From contig SKNT01000026.1 in assembly GCA_007120385.1 (NCBI GenBank), forward strand, positions 45 through 64,044: 64,000 nucleotides of DNA, written 5' to 3'. This stretch comes from Balneolales bacterium. Its GTDB lineage: Bacteria > Bacteroidota > Rhodothermia > Balneolales > Natronogracilivirgulaceae. The notes under the pieces were generated by a model. The model worked only from the letters and a program-made list of their open reading frames with translations, made no database searches and was not told the DNA's origin. Positions 56,735-64,000 of this stretch are shown here, piece by piece. The position numbers and the translations under genes were made by a program. Numbering within the stretch: the first letter of the stretch is position 1; each line of letters begins with the position of its first letter.

Positions 56735-57949
56735 TTGTCCCATAACGATTACAAATACAAACCACGGATCCTTTTCATCTCGCACAGCGGTGACCTGTAC
56801 GGCGCTGAGAGATCCCTTCTGACCCTCTTAAGGGGAATGAAACAGCTTGGCACCTATGAGATACTGGTATTCATCCCGGGTGATGGTCCACTGTCTGAGG
56901 CATGTGATGAGGAGGATGTGCCTTTCCGAATCATACCCTTTGAGCGCTGGATTGGGCTGCGGTACCATGCGGCAGCCAGGTTTTATCGCATAATCATCAA
57001 CAGGCTGCGAATCGGCCGGCTTGTCAGGGAAGCCGAACGCTGGATGCCGGATGTCATCTATTCCAATACCATAGCCACTCCGGTCGGTGCCATGCTTGCC
57101 AGACGGTTGACACCGGCACCGCTGCATGTCTGGCACGCCAGGGAGCTGCCCGGTCACAGGTCGGCGGGATTCGGACTGTTCGATTACGGAATGAAGGCTT
57201 CACTCAGCGTCATGGCACGAAGCAGTGACTGTTTTATCTGCAACTCCCGTTTTTTGCACGATCGACTTGAACCGGGTCTCCAGCGGGCATTGGGTTCCAG
57301 GGGCGCTCTTCGCACGGAGATCGTATACAATGGTCTGGACATCGTGGACCGCGCGTCAGGCATGGCAGGGCATCCCGATAAAGACCCTGACTCCCCTATT
57401 CGGTTGATGATGGCCGGTGGCATAAGTCCGGTTAAAAACTACGAGGAAGCGGTGGAAGCTGTCGGAATTCTTGTAAGATCGGGATTTTCTGTCGAGCTGG
57501 ATATTTACGGTTCCGGCGCAGACAGGGATCAGTTGAAACTCAGAAAAAAAATTGAAGATAGCGGACTGGAAAAACATGTTCAGCTCATGGGTTACCGCAG
57601 CAATCTTGCATCCGGTTTTGGCAGAGCGGACATGCTGCTGATTACATCCAAAATGGAAACTTTTGGACGTGTAGCCGTTGAAGCGATGCTGGCGGGGTGT
57701 CCGGTCATCAGTTCCGATGCCGGTGCGCTGCCGGAGATCGTCAAAGACGGGGAAACGGGGCTGAAATACTGCCTGGGAGATCCGGAGCATCTTGCCAGGC
57801 AGATCAGGCAGCTGGCTGAGTCACCTGTGTTGCGGAAGACGTTGATGGAGCGGGCGCATGAATATGCGCGGACCCGTTTTTCCACCGAGCGCCTGGTTTC
57901 CGATATTGACCGCATTCTTCAGGAACTGCTCGCACAGAGAAACAAGTGA
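56735..57949 (+). CDS. GT4 family glycosyltransferase
   Basis: RILFISHSGDLYGAERSLL N-terminus and the E-x7-E region GRVAVEAMLAGCPVISSDAGALPEIV. The start appears to be TTG. Confidence 0.82.
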   Translation: MSHNDYKYKPRILFISHSGDLYGAERSLLTLLRGMKQLGTYEILVFIPGDGPLSEACDEEDVPFRIIPFERWIGLRYHAAARFYRIIINRLRIGRLVREAERWMPDVIYSNTIATPVGAMLARRLTPAPLHVWHARELPGHRSAGFGLFDYGMKASLSVMARSSDCFICNSRFLHDRLEPGLQRALGSRGALRTEIVYNGLDIVDRASGMAGHPDKDPDSPIRLMMAGGISPVKNYEEAVEAVGILVRSGFSVELDIYGSGADRDQLKLRKKIEDSGLEKHVQLMGYRSNLASGFGRADMLLITSKMETFGRVAVEAMLAGCPVISSDAGALPEIVKDGETGLKYCLGDPEHLARQIRQLAESPVLRKTLMERAHEYARTRFSTERLVSDIDRILQELLAQRNK

Positions 57950-57959
57950 GTTGCGGCTT

Positions 57960-59033
57960 ATGAAATCTGAAATCAAACCGCTTCGGTTCGCCGTTCTTCT
58001 CTCCACTTTCAACGGGGCAGCTTACCTGACCGCGTTGCTGGAGAGCATCAGGAAGCAGAACTGGCCGCACTGGGACCTCTGGATCCGTGACGACGGGTCA
58101 TATGACGGAACGCTTGAGATTCTGGAGGATTTTGCCATGCGTTCCAAAAGCGAAGGAATGACCGGAAACCGGGTTCACGTGATCCGGGGAGAAAATGCAG
58201 GGATTTCCGGCAGTTTTTTTCAGTTGCTGGAACAGGCAGGTGATGATTATGGCGGATATGCTTTCTGTGACCAGGATGATATTTGGCTTCCCGAAAAGCT
58301 GGAACGTGCTGCGCAGGCGCTGAAGGAGGGCCAGCCCATGCTGTACCACGCCCGTCAGTGGCTGATGGACCAGAATAGTGGCAAGAGGGAGCTCAGTGCC
58401 CGTCCCGCCAATACCGGATTTGCCAATGCGCTTGTGCAGAATCAGGTTGTCGGATGCACCCTTGTAGTCAATTCGCGGCTGCGCAGTTGTGTCCTGCAGG
58501 CCCTCAGGTCAACAGATGGACTGCATTCCCGTATCATCATGCATGACTGGTGGTGCTATCTGCTGGGCAGCGGGATCGGAACGATCCACTACGACCCGCA
58601 TCCCGTGATCCTGTTCCGGCGTCATGAAGAGAGTACTACGCCTGTGGCCGCCGGATTATTCGAAATCATGCGCAAGCGGCTTTCTACATTCAGAAAGCAC
58701 GGATGGTCGGTTTCCCATATCATGGTGCAGGCAGAAATCCTGTCCCGGCACTTCTCATCTGACGCTTCTGGTATGGAGTACCCTGGTCACGAGCAGGCAC
58801 GCTCCGTCAGGGATCCGGGTGTCCGTCAGGCGCCGGATCAGCCCGAATCACCGGCTGGGGTGGCCAGGTGCCGTCTGCCCGACCATCATCAGGAACTGCT
58901 GGAGTCACTGCTCGAGCTGAGATCGGCCGGATTTCTGAAACGGCTCCGTTATCTGTTTTCTGGAAAGCACCATCGTACGGGATTGTTCGAAACCGCCTTT
59001 TTCAGGCTGCTGATACTCATGAAGCGGTTCTGA
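57960..59033 (+). CDS. GT2 family glycosyltransferase (rhamnosyltransferase-like)
   Basis: FAVLLSTFNGAAYLTALLESIRKQNWP, IRDDGSYDGT and FCDQDDIW (DXD). I prefer the ATG at 57960 over the track start at 57858, which overlaps the previous gene. Confidence 0.8.
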   Translation: MKSEIKPLRFAVLLSTFNGAAYLTALLESIRKQNWPHWDLWIRDDGSYDGTLEILEDFAMRSKSEGMTGNRVHVIRGENAGISGSFFQLLEQAGDDYGGYAFCDQDDIWLPEKLERAAQALKEGQPMLYHARQWLMDQNSGKRELSARPANTGFANALVQNQVVGCTLVVNSRLRSCVLQALRSTDGLHSRIIMHDWWCYLLGSGIGTIHYDPHPVILFRRHEESTTPVAAGLFEIMRKRLSTFRKHGWSVSHIMVQAEILSRHFSSDASGMEYPGHEQARSVRDPGVRQAPDQPESPAGVARCRLPDHHQELLESLLELRSAGFLKRLRYLFSGKHHRTGLFETAFFRLLILMKRF

Positions 59034-59166
59034 CCTTCCTCTTGCACAGGATATTCCCAGGCCCATCCATCCGGACACGGATCATTATAACATAGCGGCA
59101 CGAACGTGGATGCCCTGTTTGACTGTAAGGGTCCGATGGTTACCGATAGGGTCCTGTGGGTTGCCG

Positions 59167-59505
59167 TCAGGCGCCGATGGTCACCGACAGGGCACGCACG
59201 GCGGTTTCTTCCGTGCAAACCCCCTCCCTGTAGGCCCGTACCCAGTAGGAGACGCTTTTTCTGCGGTTTTTTACGCCATTATCACAGGTAGAGTAAAGTC
59301 CCAAGAGTTCATCGCGATACGCTTCCATATCAGATCTGATGACATTTTGCAACGCATCTGGAAGGTCATTCCAGCCCAGCAGGTGAAAAACGTCCGTCTC
59401 ATGGATCCTGCAGTCATCCATCAGTGCAAGACGGCGTGTATTGGCGGTTAACGCATCATTATCCGGTGCAGCGACAGGGTAAGTCAGAGGTGTTGCGGTG
59501 TTCAT
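59167..59505 (-). CDS. Hypothetical protein
   Basis: 112-aa ORF, isolated and convergent with the polysaccharide cluster. I recognise no motif. Confidence 0.4.
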   Translation of the reverse strand: MNTATPLTYPVAAPDNDALTANTRRLALMDDCRIHETDVFHLLGWNDLPDALQNVIRSDMEAYRDELLGLYSTCDNGVKNRRKSVSYWVRAYREGVCTEETAVRALSVTIGA

Positions 59506-59710
59506 TTTTTTCTCCGGTTTGTTATTCTTGGCTCATTCACAAGCAAGTTACCGCAACAGGGTGACAACATACTGACACCCCTTTTTAATTTTTTTTTCTG
59601 CGGAGCCGTGCACACTCTTAAAAGGTGCTGTTTTTTCCTTAAGTTTGCATGCATGCCGAGGAGTGCAAACATCACTGACACGGCAGTCTGAACTATTAGG
59701 TCTGAACCCT

Positions 59711-62257
59711 ATGCCGATTTTTGATTTTCTTGATCTTCCGGTCAGTGATCCGGTGCTAATTTTTGCGCTGGTCATGGTCATCATACTCATCATGCCGCTG
59801 ATTGCCGACAAACTGCGAGCGCCGGCTATTGTCGGTCTCATCATAGCAGGGGCGATCGTCGGTCCGGGTGCGCTGGGGATCCTGGAACGGGATTCCACGA
59901 TAATCCTGCTGGGAACTGTGGGATTGCTCTATTTGATGTTCATTGCCGGGGTTTCCATTGATCTGGAAAAGTTCAGCAAATCACGCGGTCAGAGCATACT
60001 GTTCGGGGTGGTGTCATTTGGCCTTCCGCTTGCCGGCAGCTTGCTGCTGGCGCCGCCGCTTCTGGGTTATTCCCTGGAGAGTTCCTTGCTGCTGGGTGCC
60101 ATTGTCGGTTCCCATACGCTGCTGGCCTACCCCATTGCCAATCGTCTTGGTATCGGGAAGAACAAGGCCGTAACGTTGAGCCTTGGCGCCACCATGGTTA
60201 CGGACGCGCTTTCCCTGACCATCCTGGCCATTGTCGCAGCTGCGGTTCATGGTGAAATCAGCCTGTATTTCTGGGTCACGTTCCTGGGTTCGGTGGCCAT
60301 ATACCTGGTACTGGTGATCTTCACGCTTCCCAGGCTGGGCCGTTGGTTTTTCAGGAATGTCAGAGATCAGACCAGCATCGAGTATGTCTTTCTGCTGACG
60401 GTACTCTTCCTGACGGCCTATGCCGCCCAGCTTGTCGGGTTGGCAGCCATTATCGGTGCTTTTCTGGCAGGTCTCAGCATGAACCGCCTGGTTCCGGAAA
60501 ACAGCACGCTCATGAGCCGTGTTCAGTTTATCGGAAATACATTGTTCATACCTTTTTTCCTCATCTCTGTTGGAATGCTGGTGGATGTGCGTGTACTTGC
60601 ATCCGTGGAAGTGTGGCTAGTGGCCCTGCTGTTCTTCATACTGGTCCTCGTTGGCAAATACCTGGCTGCCAAAGCGGCTCAAGTCTATTTCCGGCTGTCG
60701 GCTGATGAGGGATGGGTCATGCTGGGGCTTACAAGTCCACAGGCTGCGGCCACACTTGCGGTCACACTGATCGGTTTTGAACTGGGTCTGTTCAACGAGA
60801 TGGCGGTAAATGCCGTTGTTCTTCTTATCATGGCATCCTGTTTCGTAGGGCCGTACCTGGTGGATCTTTACGGAAGGCGGGTGCTCCTGACGGAGGAGAA
60901 ATCCTCACTTAAAATATCAGACTCGCCGGAGCGCATACTGGTTCCGCTTTCCAATCCGGATACTTCGGAAGCGCTGATGGATATCGCGATCATGATCCGT
61001 GGCAAAAACAGCACGGAGCCCATTTTCCCGCTCACGGTGGCCCGGGAAACACGATATGTGGAGGCGGCGGTAGCCTCGGGCGAAAAACTGCTAAGCCATG
61101 CCGTGTTGCATGCCGCTGCTGCCGATGTGCCGGTCATTCCCGTCACCCGGGTGGATTTCAACGTGGCGTCGGGGATTATCCGCGCGACGAAGGAATTGCG
61201 AATATCCGATATTGTAATCGGATGGAATGGGGTGGTCACCGCCAGGCAGCGCATTTTCGGTACGGTACTGGATCAGCTGATGGAGCAGTCCGATGAGACC
61301 ATACTGGTATCCAAAATCGACCAGCCCATCAACACCACCGAGCGAGTGATCCTGGCGGTCCCTCCCATGTCGCAGTACGAACCGGGTTTCGGTGACAGTT
61401 TTCAGACGGTCAAGAAACTGATCAATCAGCTGGGGGCCCGGCTTATTGTTCTGGGTACTGAGAGTAACCTGAACATACTGAAACCGTTTATCGAAAATCA
61501 AAACCCGGAACTTTCGGCCAATTACAAACTGGTTAAAAACTGGGGCAAGGTCACCGACATCATCGCCTCGCTGTACAACGACCAGGACCTCGTGATCCTG
61601 GTCAGTTCTCGAAGGGGTGGCGTCGCATGGCAACCCAGTTTCGAGCGGCTTCCTGCCCATATAATCAGCCAGGTTAAACCGGAAAATTTCATTATTGTCT
61701 ACCCTGCCGAGGTCGAGGAGCACAAAAAACCTACAGCCGTTTTGCGTTTTGATGGATCCCCATTGCTTCCTGACATTTCAGCAAATCACATTTACATCGC
61801 TGCCGATGGTGAGAACAGCTACGAACAAACCATTGAAAGGCTGGTTATGGCGCTTTTTCCCGACCGGGCAGATGTTTCAACCGAAGTTGCCCGGAAACTC
61901 AAGGTTTTGGAGCCGGAGAATTTGCCAAGTGACCTTCCAGGGGTGATGCTGACTCATTTGAGTACCCATTTTGTGAGCAAACCCTCCCTCCTGCTGGCCA
62001 TAAGCGAAGAGGGTTTCAAGGTACCGTCCGTTGATGAACAGGTACAGGTTATTTTTATCCTGCTGAGCCCCACGCACATGAGTTTTCAGAGGAAGCTTCT
62101 GATTCTCAACAAGCTTGGAAGGATGATAGGCGGCAACAGGACAAAAGAGGAGCTGGCTGTATCAAAGAATGTTGATGAAATTCGGAAAACCCTTTCGGCC
62201 AAACTGACCATCTTGCCCGGCAAGGAGGCGGATGAAGATGATCCCGGGCAGCGTTAA
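59711..62257 (+). CDS. CPA2-type cation:proton antiporter fused to two USP-like domains and a C-terminal PTS EIIA(Ntr)-like domain
   Basis: I prefer the ATG at 59711 (MPIFDFLDLPVSDPVLIFALVMV...). There are about 12 TM helices up to roughly residue 400. These are followed by ERILVPLSNPDTSEALMDIA... and ERVILAVPPMSQYEP... (USP/adenine-nucleotide-alpha-hydrolase-like). The C-terminus is GVMLTHLSTHFVSKPSLLLAISEEGFKVPSVDEQVQVIFILLSP..., which parallels GLAIPHGKCKSL...PVAILFLLVGP in the ptsN product of this window. Confidence 0.82.
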   Translation: MPIFDFLDLPVSDPVLIFALVMVIILIMPLIADKLRAPAIVGLIIAGAIVGPGALGILERDSTIILLGTVGLLYLMFIAGVSIDLEKFSKSRGQSILFGVVSFGLPLAGSLLLAPPLLGYSLESSLLLGAIVGSHTLLAYPIANRLGIGKNKAVTLSLGATMVTDALSLTILAIVAAAVHGEISLYFWVTFLGSVAIYLVLVIFTLPRLGRWFFRNVRDQTSIEYVFLLTVLFLTAYAAQLVGLAAIIGAFLAGLSMNRLVPENSTLMSRVQFIGNTLFIPFFLISVGMLVDVRVLASVEVWLVALLFFILVLVGKYLAAKAAQVYFRLSADEGWVMLGLTSPQAAATLAVTLIGFELGLFNEMAVNAVVLLIMASCFVGPYLVDLYGRRVLLTEEKSSLKISDSPERILVPLSNPDTSEALMDIAIMIRGKNSTEPIFPLTVARETRYVEAAVASGEKLLSHAVLHAAAADVPVIPVTRVDFNVASGIIRATKELRISDIVIGWNGVVTARQRIFGTVLDQLMEQSDETILVSKIDQPINTTERVILAVPPMSQYEPGFGDSFQTVKKLINQLGARLIVLGTESNLNILKPFIENQNPELSANYKLVKNWGKVTDIIASLYNDQDLVILVSSRRGGVAWQPSFERLPAHIISQVKPENFIIVYPAEVEEHKKPTAVLRFDGSPLLPDISANHIYIAADGENSYEQTIERLVMALFPDRADVSTEVARKLKVLEPENLPSDLPGVMLTHLSTHFVSKPSLLLAISEEGFKVPSVDEQVQVIFILLSPTHMSFQRKLLILNKLGRMIGGNRTKEELAVSKNVDEIRKTLSAKLTILPGKEADEDDPGQR

Positions 62258-63147
62258 TCCTCCGGATAGATCGATTTTTTTGCAGCCAGCAGGGTGTTTT
62301 TCATAAGCATGGCTACGGTCATGGGACCTACCCCGCCGGGGACCGGGGTAATGAGGCTGGCCTTTTCCGAGACACTTTCAAAGTCGCAGTCACCGACAAG
62401 CCGGTAGCCTTTATCGGAAGCTGAGTCAGCCACGCGGTTTATCCCGACATCTATCACGACCACTCCTTCGCGGACCATGGGACCGGTAATCAGCCCCGGA
62501 GAGCCAACGGCCACTACCAGAATATCGGCCTGGATTGTATGGCGGGTCAGATCGCGGGTGTATTTATGGCACAATGTGGTTGTAGCCTTGCCCGTGTCGT
62601 TTTCCCTTGAGAGCATGATAGCCAGCGGAGAACCTACCAAGTTGCTGGCGCCCACCACAACGGCATGCCGCCCCTTGGTCATCACACTGTAATAGCGGAA
62701 AAGTTCGAGGATGCCGGCCGGGGTACACGATCGAAATGTCGGCTGTCCTACCGCAAGCCGCCCGACATTCATCGGGTGAAATCCGTCGACATCCTTTCTG
62801 TGGTCAATCGTTTCAATAACCTGGCTGGGATGAAGGTGTCCCGGCAGCGGCAACTGAAGCAGGATGCCGTCAATGCGATCGTCCAGGTTGTAGGCATGAA
62901 TAGCTTCTTTGAGTTCCCGGATGGAAATGGTGTCAGGAAAAGCGATCGTTTCCGACTCGATGCCAACCTCTTTGCAGGCCTTTGTTTTGGCGCCGACATA
63001 GGTTTTGGAGGCAGGATCGTTTCCGATCAGGATGGCCTGGAGCATAGGTGGACGGTTTCCCCTGCCCGTCCATTCACGCACATCGTCACGGATCTGCTGC
63101 CGCAGGATTTCTGCTACCTTGTTGCCGTCGATAATGTTTCTGGCCAT
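62254..63147 (-). CDS. folD: Bifunctional methylenetetrahydrofolate dehydrogenase / methenyl-THF cyclohydrolase
   Basis: GKHAVVVGASNLVGSPLA and PVPGGVGPMTVAMLMKNT motifs. Confidence 0.95.
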   Translation of the reverse strand: MARNIIDGNKVAEILRQQIRDDVREWTGRGNRPPMLQAILIGNDPASKTYVGAKTKACKEVGIESETIAFPDTISIRELKEAIHAYNLDDRIDGILLQLPLPGHLHPSQVIETIDHRKDVDGFHPMNVGRLAVGQPTFRSCTPAGILELFRYYSVMTKGRHAVVVGASNLVGSPLAIMLSRENDTGKATTTLCHKYTRDLTRHTIQADILVVAVGSPGLITGPMVREGVVVIDVGINRVADSASDKGYRLVGDCDFESVSEKASLITPVPGGVGPMTVAMLMKNTLLAAKKSIYPED

Positions 63148-63170
63148 GGAGAAGGGTTGCCTCAGGGGTG

Positions 63171-63641
63171 TCAGATCCGCACGAAGTGCTCTTCTTCCGA
63201 CTGGAACAGCTCAATGATGGTCTGCGCATCGTCGCTTTCCAGCAGTTTTTCCCGGAATGCCGAGCTGTTGAGGAGCCGGGAGATGCGGCTGAGCATTTTT
63301 ATATGAACGCTGTTCTGGGATTCGGGACCGACCAGCAGAAAGAGGATCGCCACCGGTTCACCGTCTATGGCGTTGTACTCCACAGGCTGGCGCAACTTGC
63401 CGAAGGCGGCAAAGGTTTCCGACAGGCTTTTGCATTTGCCGTGTGGAATGGCAAGGCCTTTACCGACACCTGTTGACATGATGCCTTCCCGCTCCATTAC
63501 CGCTTTTCGAACGGCAGAGATGGTCTTATCGTCCAGTCTGGCAGACAGGGTATTCACCAGGTTATTGATGGCATCTTCCTTCGTCCCGGCTTCGAGATCA
63601 GGAATAACGTTGGTACTGTCCAGAAGATCACTGATTTTCAT
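63171..63641 (-). CDS. ptsN: PTS EIIA(Ntr) nitrogen-regulatory protein
   Basis: 156 aa with REGIMSTGVGKGLAIPHGK (phosphorylatable His) and ILFLLVGPE. Confidence 0.87.
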   Translation of the reverse strand: MKISDLLDSTNVIPDLEAGTKEDAINNLVNTLSARLDDKTISAVRKAVMEREGIMSTGVGKGLAIPHGKCKSLSETFAAFGKLRQPVEYNAIDGEPVAILFLLVGPESQNSVHIKMLSRISRLLNSSAFREKLLESDDAQTIIELFQSEEEHFVRI

Positions 63642-63878
63642 TTAAAAACTCTTTTTATCAAACCCGAAAAAATCATATCAAATATACTGATCATACGGCT
63701 ATTTTTCATAACATAATCTGCCCGTTTCCATAAGGGCCGGGATCTCCTGACCGCAAGGCCTGCATCCTGACTGCAAGTTGAGGTCCCGGGACTTCAAAGC
63801 CGGGGTGCCGTAATGAATTCTTCTGGCATTAAAACTGATACCGCCTTACTTTTAGTATAATCTGTTACTCCCTATTCC

Positions 63879-64000
63879 ATGTCGTTTCAATCCCAGTCTC
63901 TTGCTGTTTTTACCAAGGATTTTCGTCTTGAGTGGCGATCCCGCTTCGGGGTCAGCACGGTTCTGGCTTTTATCGCATCCACCCTGCTGATCGTTCTGTT
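63879..64000 (+). CDS. Partial CDS (N-terminus only), possibly a CcmB-like / ABC-2 membrane protein
   Basis: ATG at 63879 gives MSFQSQSLAVFTKDFRLEWRSRFGVSTVLAFIASTLLIVL.., which runs off the window. A TATAAT-like hexamer lies about 20 nt upstream. The resemblance to heme exporter B N-termini is from memory. Confidence 0.3.
   Translation, partial: MSFQSQSLAVFTKDFRLEWRSRFGVSTVLAFIASTLLIVL

Noticed and set aside
58624-59095. A possible frameshift in the C-terminal part of the GT2 at 57960-59033. The tail is low-complexity, with alternative ORFs at 58624-58920 and 58868-59095.
   Set aside because: The annotated frame resumes a plausible helical C-terminus (LLESLLELRSAGFLKRLRYLF..FFRLLILM). The alternative frames look worse (Pro/Arg/Ser-rich). 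I cannot prove a frameshift without homolog alignment.
1-64000. A scan for CRISPR arrays, rRNA genes, IS elements or transposases, phage genes, toxin-antitoxin pairs and known defence-system signatures.
   Set aside because: I found no spaced direct-repeat arrays, rRNA-like sequence, transposase or integrase-cassette ORFs, or nuclease/ATPase/methylase combinations. The only helicase is a standard UvrD-family enzyme with housekeeping neighbours.

Overview
This is a dense chromosomal segment of about 60 genes, mostly housekeeping. I found no rRNA, CRISPR array, IS element or prophage signature.

Taxonomy (inference): the window looks like an FCB-group bacterium, most plausibly Rhodothermaeota/Balneolaeota-like. 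The supporting signals are:
- DUF4837-like and DUF2723-type envelope proteins
- an orphan nuoI
- an atp operon (atpZ-I-B-E-F-H-A-G) without atpDC
- TAnnTTTG-like promoter motifs
- no obvious Shine-Dalgarno tracts upstream of the starts I inspected

Confident calls: trpA, hprK, hpf, a XerC/D recombinase, ybeY, an M1 aminopeptidase, nuoI, der, a UvrD-family helicase, mutL, icd, an HtrA protease, recO, tRNA-Ser(UGA), the F-type ATP synthase genes, a bactofilin plus M23 peptidase pair, guaB, folD and ptsN.

Two accessory-looking envelope loci stand out:
- **31.6-42.8 kb:** an HpnN-like MMPL transporter is divergently paired with an operon of a secreted beta-rich protein, a GT2, a GT4 and a flippase-like membrane protein. 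Nearby are a GT-A-like gene, a second GT2 paralog that has lost its DXD motif, an MlaC-like carrier and a TolC-like channel. I read this as a candidate glycolipid synthesis and trans-envelope export system. It is my best guess for an undescribed system.
- **51.7-59.0 kb:** a Wzx-type polysaccharide cluster with a WecE-like aminotransferase, a FemAB-like acyltransferase, two GT4 genes and one GT2.

The most unusual non-coding signal is a ~100-nt structured element present in three copies (1-58, 21401-21496 on the minus strand, 39432-39533). Each copy ends exactly at an ATG, and one of those is the helicase start codon. The element carries a conserved MIK-type mini-ORF.

Other notable items:
- a CPA2 antiporter fused to two USP-like domains and a PTS-EIIA(Ntr)-like domain, two genes from ptsN
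- a perfect 20-bp tandem duplication at the recO start
- a truncated, frameshifted ABC ATPase remnant

Coordinates of non-ORF features were derived by counting from ORF-track anchors and may be off by 1-2 nt.
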